Origin: Candidatus Calditenuis fumarioli
GTDB lineage: Archaea > Thermoproteota > Nitrososphaeria_A > Caldarchaeales > Calditenuaceae
Assembly: GCA_030059665.1 (NCBI GenBank)
Contig: JANVYR010000001.1
Location: 544,001-608,000 of the forward strand
Reading direction: 5' to 3'
Length of the DNA: 64,000 nucleotides
Shown one piece after another: positions 38,734 through 47,368 of the stretch. The stretch's first letter is position 1; every line of letters begins with the position of its first letter. Under the pieces are notes generated by a model. The model did not search any database and had not been told where the DNA came from. It saw only the letters and a list, made by a program, of their open reading frames with translations. The position numbers were made by a program, and so were the translations under genes.

Positions 38734-39554
38734 GCGCCGTCGAGATCAGGGGTCTGAGCAAGAGGTTCGGTGAAAGACTGGCCCTCGACTCGATAAGCTT
38801 GGAGGTTCAGCGAGGCGAGTCGGTCCTGCTGATGGGCCCGAACGGTGCCGGTAAGACCACGCTCCTGAGGTGCGTCGTGGGGATGCTGAGCTTCGAGGGC
38901 GAGGTCCGAGTGATGGGGCTCGACGTGAAGAGGGAGGGGAAGGAGGTCAGGAGGATCATCGGGTATGTGCCCCAGCAGGTCAGGTTCCCGGAAGACGTGA
39001 CGGTTTACGAGCTGGTGGACTTCGTCTCCGACGTGAAGGGCGTCGACGTCGATCTGGAGGAGGTGCTGGGACCATTCGGGCTGATCGATGCTGCCCACAA
39101 CAAGGTCGGCTCCCTCTCCGGAGGGATGAGGCAGAGGCTCGCGATAGCGCTGTCCTTGATCGGCGACCCCCAGCTGGTCCTGATGGACGAGCCCTTCAGC
39201 AACCTCGACGCCATGTCGAGGAACAGCGTCCAGGAGATGATGAGAGGGCTGATGCGGAGGGGGAAGACCCTTTTGGTCAGCGTCCACACCGTAAGCGGCC
39301 TCATCCACGCCTTCGACAAGGTGGCGGTGCTCAGGGACGGAAGGTTGGTTGGCCTCTTCAGGTCGGAGGACGTCCTCAGGGCCCTGAGGCCAGTCTACAG
39401 GGTCCACATCAGGGACGGCAGCGGCTGGACCACCTACAGGACGGAGGACCTGTTCGGAACCCTCTCCAGCCTCCAGAGCAGCGGTCACGACCTCCGGGAG
39501 GTCTGGGTCGAGGAGCCTGACGTGGAGGAGCTGCTGAGGGCGATGGGCGGTTGA
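38730..39554 (+). CDS. nosF: NosF ABC ATPase
   Basis: GPNGAGKTT, LSGGMRQR, MDEP; ATG at 38730; position within the nos cluster. Confidence 0.85.
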   Translation: MSAVEIRGLSKRFGERLALDSISLEVQRGESVLLMGPNGAGKTTLLRCVVGMLSFEGEVRVMGLDVKREGKEVRRIIGYVPQQVRFPEDVTVYELVDFVSDVKGVDVDLEEVLGPFGLIDAAHNKVGSLSGGMRQRLAIALSLIGDPQLVLMDEPFSNLDAMSRNSVQEMMRGLMRRGKTLLVSVHTVSGLIHAFDKVAVLRDGRLVGLFRSEDVLRALRPVYRVHIRDGSGWTTYRTEDLFGTLSSLQSSGHDLREVWVEEPDVEELLRAMGG

Positions 39555-40375
39555 GGTCGGCCGTGTTCCTGCTCCTGAAGCGCGACATCGCAGGCTCTTT
39601 GAGGAGCAGGTGGCTCCTCGGGTTCGTCTTCTCCTTCGCAGCAATGGGCGCGTCTTTCGCCTACCTCGGTGCCCTCGGGCTAAGTCAGGTGGGATTCAGG
39701 GCCTACAGCGCGGCGGTCGCGGGCATCATCAACCTGAACCTGTACGTCGTGCCGCTCGCAGCGGTGGTCTCGTCCTCGCTCTCGCTCGTCTCAGAAAGGG
39801 AGAGGGGGACGATGGAGTTCCTCCTTTCCCTTCCGATCGCGAAGTGGGAGCTGGTGCTGAGCAGGCTCTGCGCCGGTGTGCTCTCGCTGACCGCGGCCAT
39901 CGCGATGGGTTACGGCCTGGCGTCCTGGGCCCTCTGGCTCTTCCTCTCGGAGACCGACCTCTGGGTCTACCTCAGCATGCTCTGGGCCTCCGTGCTCCTC
40001 GCCTTCTCCTTCGCCGGGATCGGGACGTTGATCTCCTCCCTCACGAGGAGCAGGTTCGCCGCGCTCGCCCTCGCCCTCGGAGCGTGGATAGGGCTCGTGA
40101 TGGTCTACGAGGTGGTGCTGATGGCGGCCGTCATCCTCTTGGGCCTTGACGCGTCGACGGTGATCGCGCTGATGGTGTTGAACCCCGTGCAGGCCTCGAG
40201 GCTGATGATGGTCCAATCCGTCGACCCTACGATGTCCTTCCTGGGCGAGTTCGGCGTTCTGCTAATCAGGGAGCTCGGCGGTTACCTGCAGCCCGTGTTG
40301 GTCGCGTCTCAGCTCGCGGTCGGGCTTGTATGCACCCTGTTGGCGCTCATCTCATTCGAGAGGGCCGAGCTCTGA
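39551..40375 (+). CDS. nosY: NosY ABC permease
   Basis: RSRW, ERERGTMEFLLSLP, LNPVQASR. Confidence 0.85.
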   Translation: MRSAVFLLLKRDIAGSLRSRWLLGFVFSFAAMGASFAYLGALGLSQVGFRAYSAAVAGIINLNLYVVPLAAVVSSSLSLVSERERGTMEFLLSLPIAKWELVLSRLCAGVLSLTAAIAMGYGLASWALWLFLSETDLWVYLSMLWASVLLAFSFAGIGTLISSLTRSRFAALALALGAWIGLVMVYEVVLMAAVILLGLDASTVIALMVLNPVQASRLMMVQSVDPTMSFLGEFGVLLIRELGGYLQPVLVASQLAVGLVCTLLALISFERAEL

Positions 40376-40443
40376 GTTCGGTGTTCAGACGCTTAGTGCG
40401 ATTGAGTGAGTGCTGTTCCCACCCGAGTCAAGCGCCTACGGCG

Positions 40444-40477
40444 TATGCAGTTGTATACATTTGGATACATCTGCATA
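40444..40477. promoter_or_regulatory. long inverted repeat TATGCAGTTGTAT-N8-ATACATCTGCATA
   Basis: 12 of 13 positions pair; lies between nosY and an HTH regulator. Confidence 0.55.
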
Positions 40478-40534
40478 ACTCTGGTTCCAAAATTAGGGGT
40501 TAAATCGACGAAGCCACTCATATCATGATGGACC

Positions 40535-41191
40535 ATGGCACTCAAGAAGGTCACGGTGGCAATTGACGTCCCACCCACTGCTTGGGTCAGGGACCTCATC
40601 GGGACGGGCATCGAATCGGTGAGCATTCTCGATTGTTTGCGGAACGCAGACGGAACCATCACCCACCTCTTCATGATCAGGACTTCGGACCACGCGAAAT
40701 CCGTTCGGGTGATCGAGGCCCTGAAGAGGTCCGACCTAGTCGAGGGGTTCTCGCTCGTCAAGGCCGAAAGGCCCAACGGCGTCGTCTGCGGGCTCGTCAG
40801 GTCACGCAGGTGCGACGTCTGCGGCGTGATCGCGACGAGATGCCTGATGAGGCGGGGAGTTTACAGGGTCCGGGAGGGTAAGCTGACCTGGACGTTCGTG
40901 GCGGACGAGGAGGAGATCCCCAGGGTCCTGGAGGCGCTGAGGGAGAAGGGGATAGAGGCGGAGCTGGTCGAGAGCGTCGGCGTCGAGCCATCGGGACTTG
41001 TTTCGATGCCGCAGCTGAACCTGATCATGAGGGCGATGGAGATGGGGTACTTCGACGTGCCGAGGAGGGCATCGATCCACGAGATCGCAAGGGAGCTGGG
41101 CTTGTCGCCCGCATCCCTCTCGGTCTCGATACGCAGGGGCGTGAAGAGGGTCCTGAAGGACTACATCGCGATACAGGGCTACCTTGCCTGA
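40535..41191 (+). CDS. HTH-10 (Bat-type) transcriptional regulator
   Basis: C-terminal QLNLIMRAMEMGYFDVPRRASIHEIARELGLSPASLS...RRG; N-terminal CDVC. Confidence 0.85.
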   Translation: MALKKVTVAIDVPPTAWVRDLIGTGIESVSILDCLRNADGTITHLFMIRTSDHAKSVRVIEALKRSDLVEGFSLVKAERPNGVVCGLVRSRRCDVCGVIATRCLMRRGVYRVREGKLTWTFVADEEEIPRVLEALREKGIEAELVESVGVEPSGLVSMPQLNLIMRAMEMGYFDVPRRASIHEIARELGLSPASLSVSIRRGVKRVLKDYIAIQGYLA

Positions 41192-41862
41192 ACGCGTCCG
41201 GACCTCGCGAGGATCTCGTCCACCACTTTCGCCACCGCCTGCTCGAGCGAGTCTCTCTCGTTAACGACCCACAAGACCCTTTCACCCTCATCCTTCCGGA
41301 AGTCCGCGTAGTATTGTCTGACGAGATTCTGAAACGTCGAGTCGAGCTCGAGGAAGCCCGCACCCCTCTCGGACCTGACGCGCCGCAACCTCTCCTCCTC
41401 GTCGACGTCCACGACCACGTAGAGGTGGGGCCTGATGACGTGGTGGCCAGAAAGCGATTCGAAGAGCCGCACGAGCTCCGTGACCCGAATGCTAACCTCG
41501 ATCCCAGACCTGCTGAGGTATGCGAGTCCGAAGACGATCGAGCAGAGGTAGTACCTGTCCAGCAGCAGGAAGTCGGCCGACCTCCTTTTGCATCTCCTCA
41601 GCATCTCCCGCGTCTCCTCGACGGTGTTGGTGAGGAAGAGGAGCATCCTCGAGATCGGCGCTGTCCCCCGCCTGTTGCCGTACTCGACCGCGAACCTGCC
41701 GGTTGGTGAGGGGCCGGGAGTCTTGTAGGTCACCACCGCGTACCCCATGCCCCTGAGCTCCCTCGCGACCTTGCGCAGGACGGTCGTCTTCCCGGAACCG
41801 TCGGGGCCCTCGAAGTCCACGACGAAGGCCCTGAAGGGCGCGGCAGTCTGATGAGACGTCAA
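41179..41862 (-). CDS. tmk: thymidylate kinase
   Basis: FEGPDGSGKTT, LLDRYYLCS, PHLYVVVDV. Confidence 0.8.
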   Translation of the reverse strand: MTSHQTAAPFRAFVVDFEGPDGSGKTTVLRKVARELRGMGYAVVTYKTPGPSPTGRFAVEYGNRRGTAPISRMLLFLTNTVEETREMLRRCKRRSADFLLLDRYYLCSIVFGLAYLSRSGIEVSIRVTELVRLFESLSGHHVIRPHLYVVVDVDEEERLRRVRSERGAGFLELDSTFQNLVRQYYADFRKDEGERVLWVVNERDSLEQAVAKVVDEILARSGRVQAR

Positions 41863-41991
41863 CCCACCACCCGGTCGCCTGCGTCATGGACCAATTTAGC
41901 CTGCTTCCCTCCGGTGACAGACGACCGATCCCCAATCTCGACCCGGATGGTCCGGTTAAGTTAATGATCAGGGACGTCGCAATGGAACGCG

Positions 41992-42903
41992 GTGGACGCC
42001 TCGAAGGGCCTGGAGTTCCTCAAAAGCCTGACCGTCGAGTCGTTGATGAAGGCGCTCGAGGAGAAGCTCTACGTCGCCGACCGGGAGCTTGCTACTGCCC
42101 TTTACCTCGCGATCCAGATGAGGAAACCCCTGCTGATCGAGGGGGAGCCGGGATGCGGCAAGACCGAGGTCGCGAAGGTCCTCGCGGAGATTTTGGGGAC
42201 GGAGCTGATAAGGCTCCAGTGCTATGAGGGGCTCGACGCCTCCGACGCGATCTACGAGTGGGACTACCCGAGGCAGCTGCTCTACATCAAGATGCTCGAG
42301 TCGAGGAAGGACATCACGGAGCTCGAGAGCGAGATCTTCAGCGAGCGCTTCCTCCTGAAGAGGCCCCTCCTCAGGGCAGTACTGCACCCGGGACCGCTTC
42401 CGCCGGTGCTCCTGATCGACGAGATAGACAGGGCAGACGAGGAGTTCGAGGGGTTCCTGCTCGAGTTCCTCGCGGAGTACCAGGTGACGATCCCAGAGAT
42501 CGGGACGATCAAGGCCAAGGTCGAGCCGATAACGATACTGACGTCCAACAGGACGAGGGAGATCGGCGACGGCCTGAAGAGGAGGTGCCTGTACTACTAC
42601 GTCACGTACCCGTCGAAGGAGAAGGAGATGAGGATACTGAAGCTGAAGGTGAAGGGGCTGAGCGACTCGCTCGCGGAGCAGCTCGTGGCCTTCGTCAACG
42701 TTTTGCGTCAGAGGCCAGACATAATGAAGAAGCCCGGGATATCGGAGACGCTCGACTGGGCGAACGCTCTGATGAAGCTCGGTGCCAAGGAGCTGAACAG
42801 GGAGGTGCTGAGGTCGACGCTGGTCTGCATCGTCAAGACGCAGGACGACCTGGCGAGAATAGACGTCGACTCGTTCGCGTCCTTCACAAACAGACAGGGC
42901 TGA
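41992..42903 (+). CDS. MoxR-family AAA+ ATPase (CoxD-like)
   Basis: EGEPGCGKT, RLQCYEGLD, LIDEIDR, TSNRTRE, LKRRC. Confidence 0.9.
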   Translation: MDASKGLEFLKSLTVESLMKALEEKLYVADRELATALYLAIQMRKPLLIEGEPGCGKTEVAKVLAEILGTELIRLQCYEGLDASDAIYEWDYPRQLLYIKMLESRKDITELESEIFSERFLLKRPLLRAVLHPGPLPPVLLIDEIDRADEEFEGFLLEFLAEYQVTIPEIGTIKAKVEPITILTSNRTREIGDGLKRRCLYYYVTYPSKEKEMRILKLKVKGLSDSLAEQLVAFVNVLRQRPDIMKKPGISETLDWANALMKLGAKELNREVLRSTLVCIVKTQDDLARIDVDSFASFTNRQG

Positions 42904-42907
42904 GAGG

Positions 42908-44071
42908 GTGGAGGTGGACCCGTACCGGTTCGTGGTCGAGATCGCCGAACACCTCAGAAGGCACCAGCTGAAGGTGGGCGTCTCCGAGTCCCTCGACGCC
43001 TGCCAGGCCCTGAACCTCGTTGCCGGGTACGGGCTGCCAGAGATCAAGACCGCGATAAAGGTCACCATGATCAAGGACCCGTCGAAGTACCACCTGCTCG
43101 AGGAGGTGATGTCGCAGGCCCTTGAGCGGGCCGCCTCCTCGGAGGGCGAGGGTGAGGGGGAGGACGAGCAGGGCGACACCTCATCGGGCAGCAGGCTCAG
43201 CCAGGTCTCGGTCTCCAAGGACGCTCAGGGAAGGGACCAGAGGTCGGACAGGACCGTGGACGTCTACATGTACAGCCCGATGGAGACGCTCAGCCGCAGG
43301 AACCTCAGACCCATAGACCCGATGAAGGTCAGGCTCGGGAAGAGGATCGTGAAGAGGATGAGGAGGAGGCTGGCGGTCCTCCCCGGGAGGAGGTACAGGA
43401 GGTCGAAGGCCGGTGAGCTGGACTTCCCGAGGACGATGAGGGCTGCGCTGGGGACGGCCGGCGAGCTGCTCGAGCTGAGGAAGACCAAGCCGATCCTCGC
43501 ACGGCTGAGGGTGGTGGCCTTCTTCGACATCAGCGGATCGATGGACACCTACACCGACTGGATCGTCAGGGCCATGTACCTCGTCAAGCGTCTCGGAAGG
43601 AGGGTGGAGGTCTTCGTCTTCAGCACGAGGCTCCTCCGGGTCACGGAGCTACTGGAGACGACCAACCTCGAGGAGATCAGGCGGAGGCTCTCGGAGAGGG
43701 TGGACCTGTGGGGGAGCGGCACCAGGATCGGAAGCTGCCTGAAGCAGTTCCTCGACCGGTACGGCAACCTCGTGGACAGGACGTGGACCGCGATCGTCGT
43801 CAGCGACGGATGGGACACGGGCGAGCCGGAGCTGCTGAGGTACACCATGGAGGCCCTCAGGATGAGGGTGGGGAGGATCGTCTGGCTTAACCCCCACGCG
43901 GACAAGCCCAACTTCAAGCCCATGACCATCGGGATGCTCACGGCGCTGCCCTACGTGGACGTCCTCGCGGGCACCATGGTGCTGGAGGACATGAACTCCT
44001 TCCTCAGGTTCTTCGGCAGGGCAATAACGCCGATGAAGGTGAGGGGAAAACCGGTCCCGAAGCCCTTCTGA
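42908..44071 (+). CDS. VWA-domain protein (CoxE-like)
   Basis: MIDAS motif DISGSMD, FSTRL, GSGTRIG, SDGWD, WLNP. Confidence 0.9.
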   Translation: MEVDPYRFVVEIAEHLRRHQLKVGVSESLDACQALNLVAGYGLPEIKTAIKVTMIKDPSKYHLLEEVMSQALERAASSEGEGEGEDEQGDTSSGSRLSQVSVSKDAQGRDQRSDRTVDVYMYSPMETLSRRNLRPIDPMKVRLGKRIVKRMRRRLAVLPGRRYRRSKAGELDFPRTMRAALGTAGELLELRKTKPILARLRVVAFFDISGSMDTYTDWIVRAMYLVKRLGRRVEVFVFSTRLLRVTELLETTNLEEIRRRLSERVDLWGSGTRIGSCLKQFLDRYGNLVDRTWTAIVVSDGWDTGEPELLRYTMEALRMRVGRIVWLNPHADKPNFKPMTIGMLTALPYVDVLAGTMVLEDMNSFLRFFGRAITPMKVRGKPVPKPF

Positions 44072-44084
44072 GCTCCCGAGCGGC

Positions 44085-44408
44085 TCACTCGATCACGCAG
44101 ACCTCGCCGTCGAACTCGATCCTCCTGTAGGGTACGAGTATCCACCCCCTGTCGTAGACCTCATCGCCCCTCCGCTGGATCCCCACCATGCCGAACGCCT
44201 TAGTGCGGATGATCAAGTGCCGCGCCACGAACTCCTCCTCCAGATGGAACCGTGAACCTTCCAGCCTACCGGTCCCTATCACCCAGCCCGGCGGGGCCTC
44301 GGGCCCGTAGCTCTTGAGGTAGTTGATCCTCGCCGCCCTACCCTTCAGCTGCACCTCCTTCATCCCCTCGTCGGGCATCACCACCTCGTCGTAGACGTAC
44401 GTCGACAT
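44085..44408 (-). CDS. hypothetical protein, 107 aa
   Basis: ATG at 44408, host-like codons; the upstream part of the ORF-track call overlaps the tRNA and is spurious. Confidence 0.6.
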   Translation of the reverse strand: MSTYVYDEVVMPDEGMKEVQLKGRAARINYLKSYGPEAPPGWVIGTGRLEGSRFHLEEEFVARHLIIRTKAFGMVGIQRRGDEVYDRGWILVPYRRIEFDGEVCVIE

Positions 44409-44563
44409 CGTGCCCCTGCTACTGCGGCATTTCATAAACGTCCCCCAGAAGTGGGCCCATGCACCTAACGTTGAAGACGTGACCGAGGATTTCCGTTGAG
44501 ACATGGCTGCCGCCCGAGCGCTGAATCGTGCGGCTACTGCAATGGAGATGCCAGGGAGTTGAG

Positions 44564-44691
44564 TGGTCCCCCGGGCAGGATTTGAACCTGCGACCACCCG
44601 GTGTTTGCGGGATGTAGCCTGGCCGGCCGGCGAGGGCCGGCGACCGCCGCCCTCTACAGCCGGGCGCTCTACCAGGCTGAGCTACCGGGGG
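44564..44691 (-). tRNA. tRNA-Tyr(GTA) with 51-nt intron and encoded CCA
   Basis: C1-G72 acceptor CCCCCGG/CCGGGGG; CCCGG-CT-GTA-G[44653-44603]A-CCGGG; GCAGG-TTCAAAT-CCTGC. Confidence 0.92.
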
Positions 44692-44737
44692 TCACCATGA
44701 AAGCTGTCTGGCTCGATTTAGAGGTGATGCGGGAGGG

Positions 44738-45415
44738 TCAGAGGAGGGCCGAGAGCAGGACCACTGAGATAGCGAAGGCCAGCACCAGCGCGTCACTCGG
44801 GAGGAACGGGACCCGCCTCAAGGGCCTCCAGGTCTGAGGGTCGAACCCCCTCGCCTCGAGCGCCACCGAGACCTTCTCGGCCGACGAGAGCGACTCGGCA
44901 ACGAGCGCCCTGACGAGCACTCCCAGACGCGTCACCGGGTGAAGAGGCGAGGAGATCACGCCCTTCGATCTGAGCGCGGCCATCACGTCCTCGAGGGCCC
45001 TGAGCGACCTCCTCAGCAGGACGTGCGCGATCCCCAGCGATGCGGAGAACCATCCCGGGAGGCCCGCGGAACGGAGCGAGTAGGCCAGCTCCCAAGATTC
45101 GACGCCGTAGGCGAGGAGCATCGACCCCATAACCATCGCCTCCACCCTCACGAGGAGCAGCGCCACCAGCCACGGTTCCCTTCCCCCTGAGGCGAGGAAC
45201 GCGAAGGCGCCCAGGCCCAGGCCCATCGGGAGGAACCTGATGGCCCACGTCGCTATCAGCGAGGGCCTCCTCACCGCCAGAAGGGCGAGCACCAGCGAGG
45301 CCAGGGCGATGATCAGCGATCCCCCTATCTCCCTCTCGAGCGTCACGGCGCCAGCCAACAGGGCCACTGCGATGGAAGCGACGATCGGGTGTACAGCGCT
45401 CCTCCTGCTGGCCAT
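44738..45415 (-). CDS. ECF transporter T component
   Basis: Hydrophobic protein with ALRSKG and ALEARGF motifs. Confidence 0.85.
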   Translation of the reverse strand: MASRRSAVHPIVASIAVALLAGAVTLEREIGGSLIIALASLVLALLAVRRPSLIATWAIRFLPMGLGLGAFAFLASGGREPWLVALLLVRVEAMVMGSMLLAYGVESWELAYSLRSAGLPGWFSASLGIAHVLLRRSLRALEDVMAALRSKGVISSPLHPVTRLGVLVRALVAESLSSAEKVSVALEARGFDPQTWRPLRRVPFLPSDALVLAFAISVVLLSALL

Positions 45416-45419
45416 CAGA

Positions 45420-46703
45420 TCAGAGCTCAACCAGCCTCCCCTCCTCCAGCCTGAAGACCCTGCTGGCAACCCGCTCTACGAAGGACTCGTCGTGGGACGA
45501 GATCAGCACCAGGGAGCCCTCCTCAGCAACCCTGCTCACGAGGTTCCCGATCGAACCGGCGTTCCGCGGATCGAGGCCCGCGGTCGGCTCGTCCAAGGCC
45601 AGAACAGCAGGCCTCCTGGCGGCCAGCAGGTAGGTCGCCAGAACCCTCCTTGAACCCGCGCCCAACTCCCCTATGGTGGTCCTCTCGAGGGCAAGGCGCG
45701 TCGTCTCATCGGGAGGCTCGACGAGACCGTTCGAGACGAGAGGGACGAGCTCCTCCCAAACGGTCCGCTCCGTCAGCACCGGGTCTGGGTTCTGCGGGAG
45801 GTACAGGGATCGCGGGGGTCCGGGCCGGGAGCCGTTCAGCAGCACCGTCCCCCTTTTCGGCTTGAGGACGCCCGTGAGGAGCTTGAGGAGCGTCGTCTTG
45901 CCTGAACCGTTGGGGCCCGTGATGCCGATGACCTCACCGCCCTGTGCGCTCAGCTCGACCTCCCGCAGCACATCCCCAGTTCCCGGATACCCGAACCCGA
46001 TGCCCCTCGCGACGAGCGACGGCCTGAAGTTCCGACCACCGGAGCTGCGCAGCTCGGGCAGCCTCAGCTCCTGGTTCTCCGCCGGAGGAAGCTCGATCAC
46101 GCCGTCGGGCCTCAGGGGGAGCTTCCCGGGGTCGCTGACGGCGATCAGGACCGAGGTCCCGGAACCCACCGCATCCCCCAGTGCCTCAGCGATCGCCTTC
46201 CTCCCCTCGGAGTCCACCTGGGAGAGGGCGTCGTCCACCAGCAGGAGAGAGGGCGACGTGACGAGGGAGCAGGCCATGACGAGCCTCTGCAGCTGCCCTC
46301 CCGAGAGCGCCTCCACGGGGTCGAGGGCCCTCCTCCCGAGCCCAACGGCCTCCAGGGCCTTGAGAGATCGCCTGAGGGCGTCGTCGGGGTCCATGCCGAG
46401 GAACTCAGGTCCGGCCAAGACCTCGTCCAGCACGTGGTTCCTGACCAGGTAGCTCACCGGGTCAGCAGGGACGTATGAGACCTTCGACCTGAGGACGCGC
46501 CCGTCGATCGAGGAGAGCTCAGCACCGTCGAGCTCAGCGTACCCCTCGTGGTCGATCAGCCTCACGATGGCCAGCAGCGTCGAGGTCTTCCCCGAGCTGT
46601 TAGGTCCGACGAGGGCCACCACAGCGCCGTCGCTGACGGAAGCGTCGACCCTCGGCCCCCTCCACTCACCCCGCCTTGCCCTGAACGACCTCAGCCTGAG
46701 CAA
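45420..46703 (-). CDS. ECF transporter fused double ATPase
   Basis: GPNSSGKT/LSGG/VDD and GPNGSGKT/LDEP; start approximate. Confidence 0.85.
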   Translation of the reverse strand: MLRLRSFRARRGEWRGPRVDASVSDGAVVALVGPNSSGKTSTLLAIVRLIDHEGYAELDGAELSSIDGRVLRSKVSYVPADPVSYLVRNHVLDEVLAGPEFLGMDPDDALRRSLKALEAVGLGRRALDPVEALSGGQLQRLVMACSLVTSPSLLLVDDALSQVDSEGRKAIAEALGDAVGSGTSVLIAVSDPGKLPLRPDGVIELPPAENQELRLPELRSSGGRNFRPSLVARGIGFGYPGTGDVLREVELSAQGGEVIGITGPNGSGKTTLLKLLTGVLKPKRGTVLLNGSRPGPPRSLYLPQNPDPVLTERTVWEELVPLVSNGLVEPPDETTRLALERTTIGELGAGSRRVLATYLLAARRPAVLALDEPTAGLDPRNAGSIGNLVSRVAEEGSLVLISSHDESFVERVASRVFRLEEGRLVEL

Positions 46704-47277
46704 CAGGCCACCCCTTGAGCCTCCCCGCAGCCACCAGGGCGTCCACCACAGCCTTGACCAGGACCCCGCCGAGGAGGGCACCGCTGACGACCATGGCGGC
46801 GACGATCGATGTGTGGAGCTCCAACGGGTAGAACCGGCACCGCGGATAGAAGGGCGAGACGAGGCAGTCGAAGGGGTAGGCCGCTATGACGGGGAGGGCG
46901 CCGGCGAGCGCCATGGTTCCGTACCCCCATTTCCTGTACCTCCTGAGGGCGAAGGCTGCCTCGCTCATTATCCCCTGCACTGGACCGTAGTAGTAGAGCA
47001 GGACCGAGTAGGGGCTGACCAGCAGCAGCTCCACTATCGCTCCAATCGTCTCGCCGACGAAGGCGGCCCACCTCCTCCTCAGCACGTACGCCGGCAGCGT
47101 CCCTCCGATGTACCAGACGCCGTAGATGGCAGCCACCCCGAGGTGCCCGCCGAGTCCGAGCGCGACCGGGGCCACCAGGTGGCTCCAGACCGCGAAGACG
47201 AGCCCCGAGACGACCGATAGCGCCGCGAGCCCCACGAGATCCCGAACCGTCCAGGAAGGCCTTCGGCCGGCCTCCAT
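46666..47277 (-). CDS. ECF S component, YkoE-like (thiamine/HMP)
   Basis: WTVRDLV, GVWY, RRWAAFVGE, YGPVQG..SEAAF, YRKW. Confidence 0.75.
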   Translation of the reverse strand: MEAGRRPSWTVRDLVGLAALSVVSGLVFAVWSHLVAPVALGLGGHLGVAAIYGVWYIGGTLPAYVLRRRWAAFVGETIGAIVELLLVSPYSVLLYYYGPVQGIMSEAAFALRRYRKWGYGTMALAGALPVIAAYPFDCLVSPFYPRCRFYPLELHTSIVAAMVVSGALLGGVLVKAVVDALVAAGRLKGWPVAQAEVVQGKAG

Positions 47278-47368
47278 GTCTCTCCCGGTCCGCCGATCCC
47301 TCACCGTTCAATAAACCTGATTATAAACGGGTTATGGGTGGAAGAGGTAACCTGACCGGGGTGCCCGC

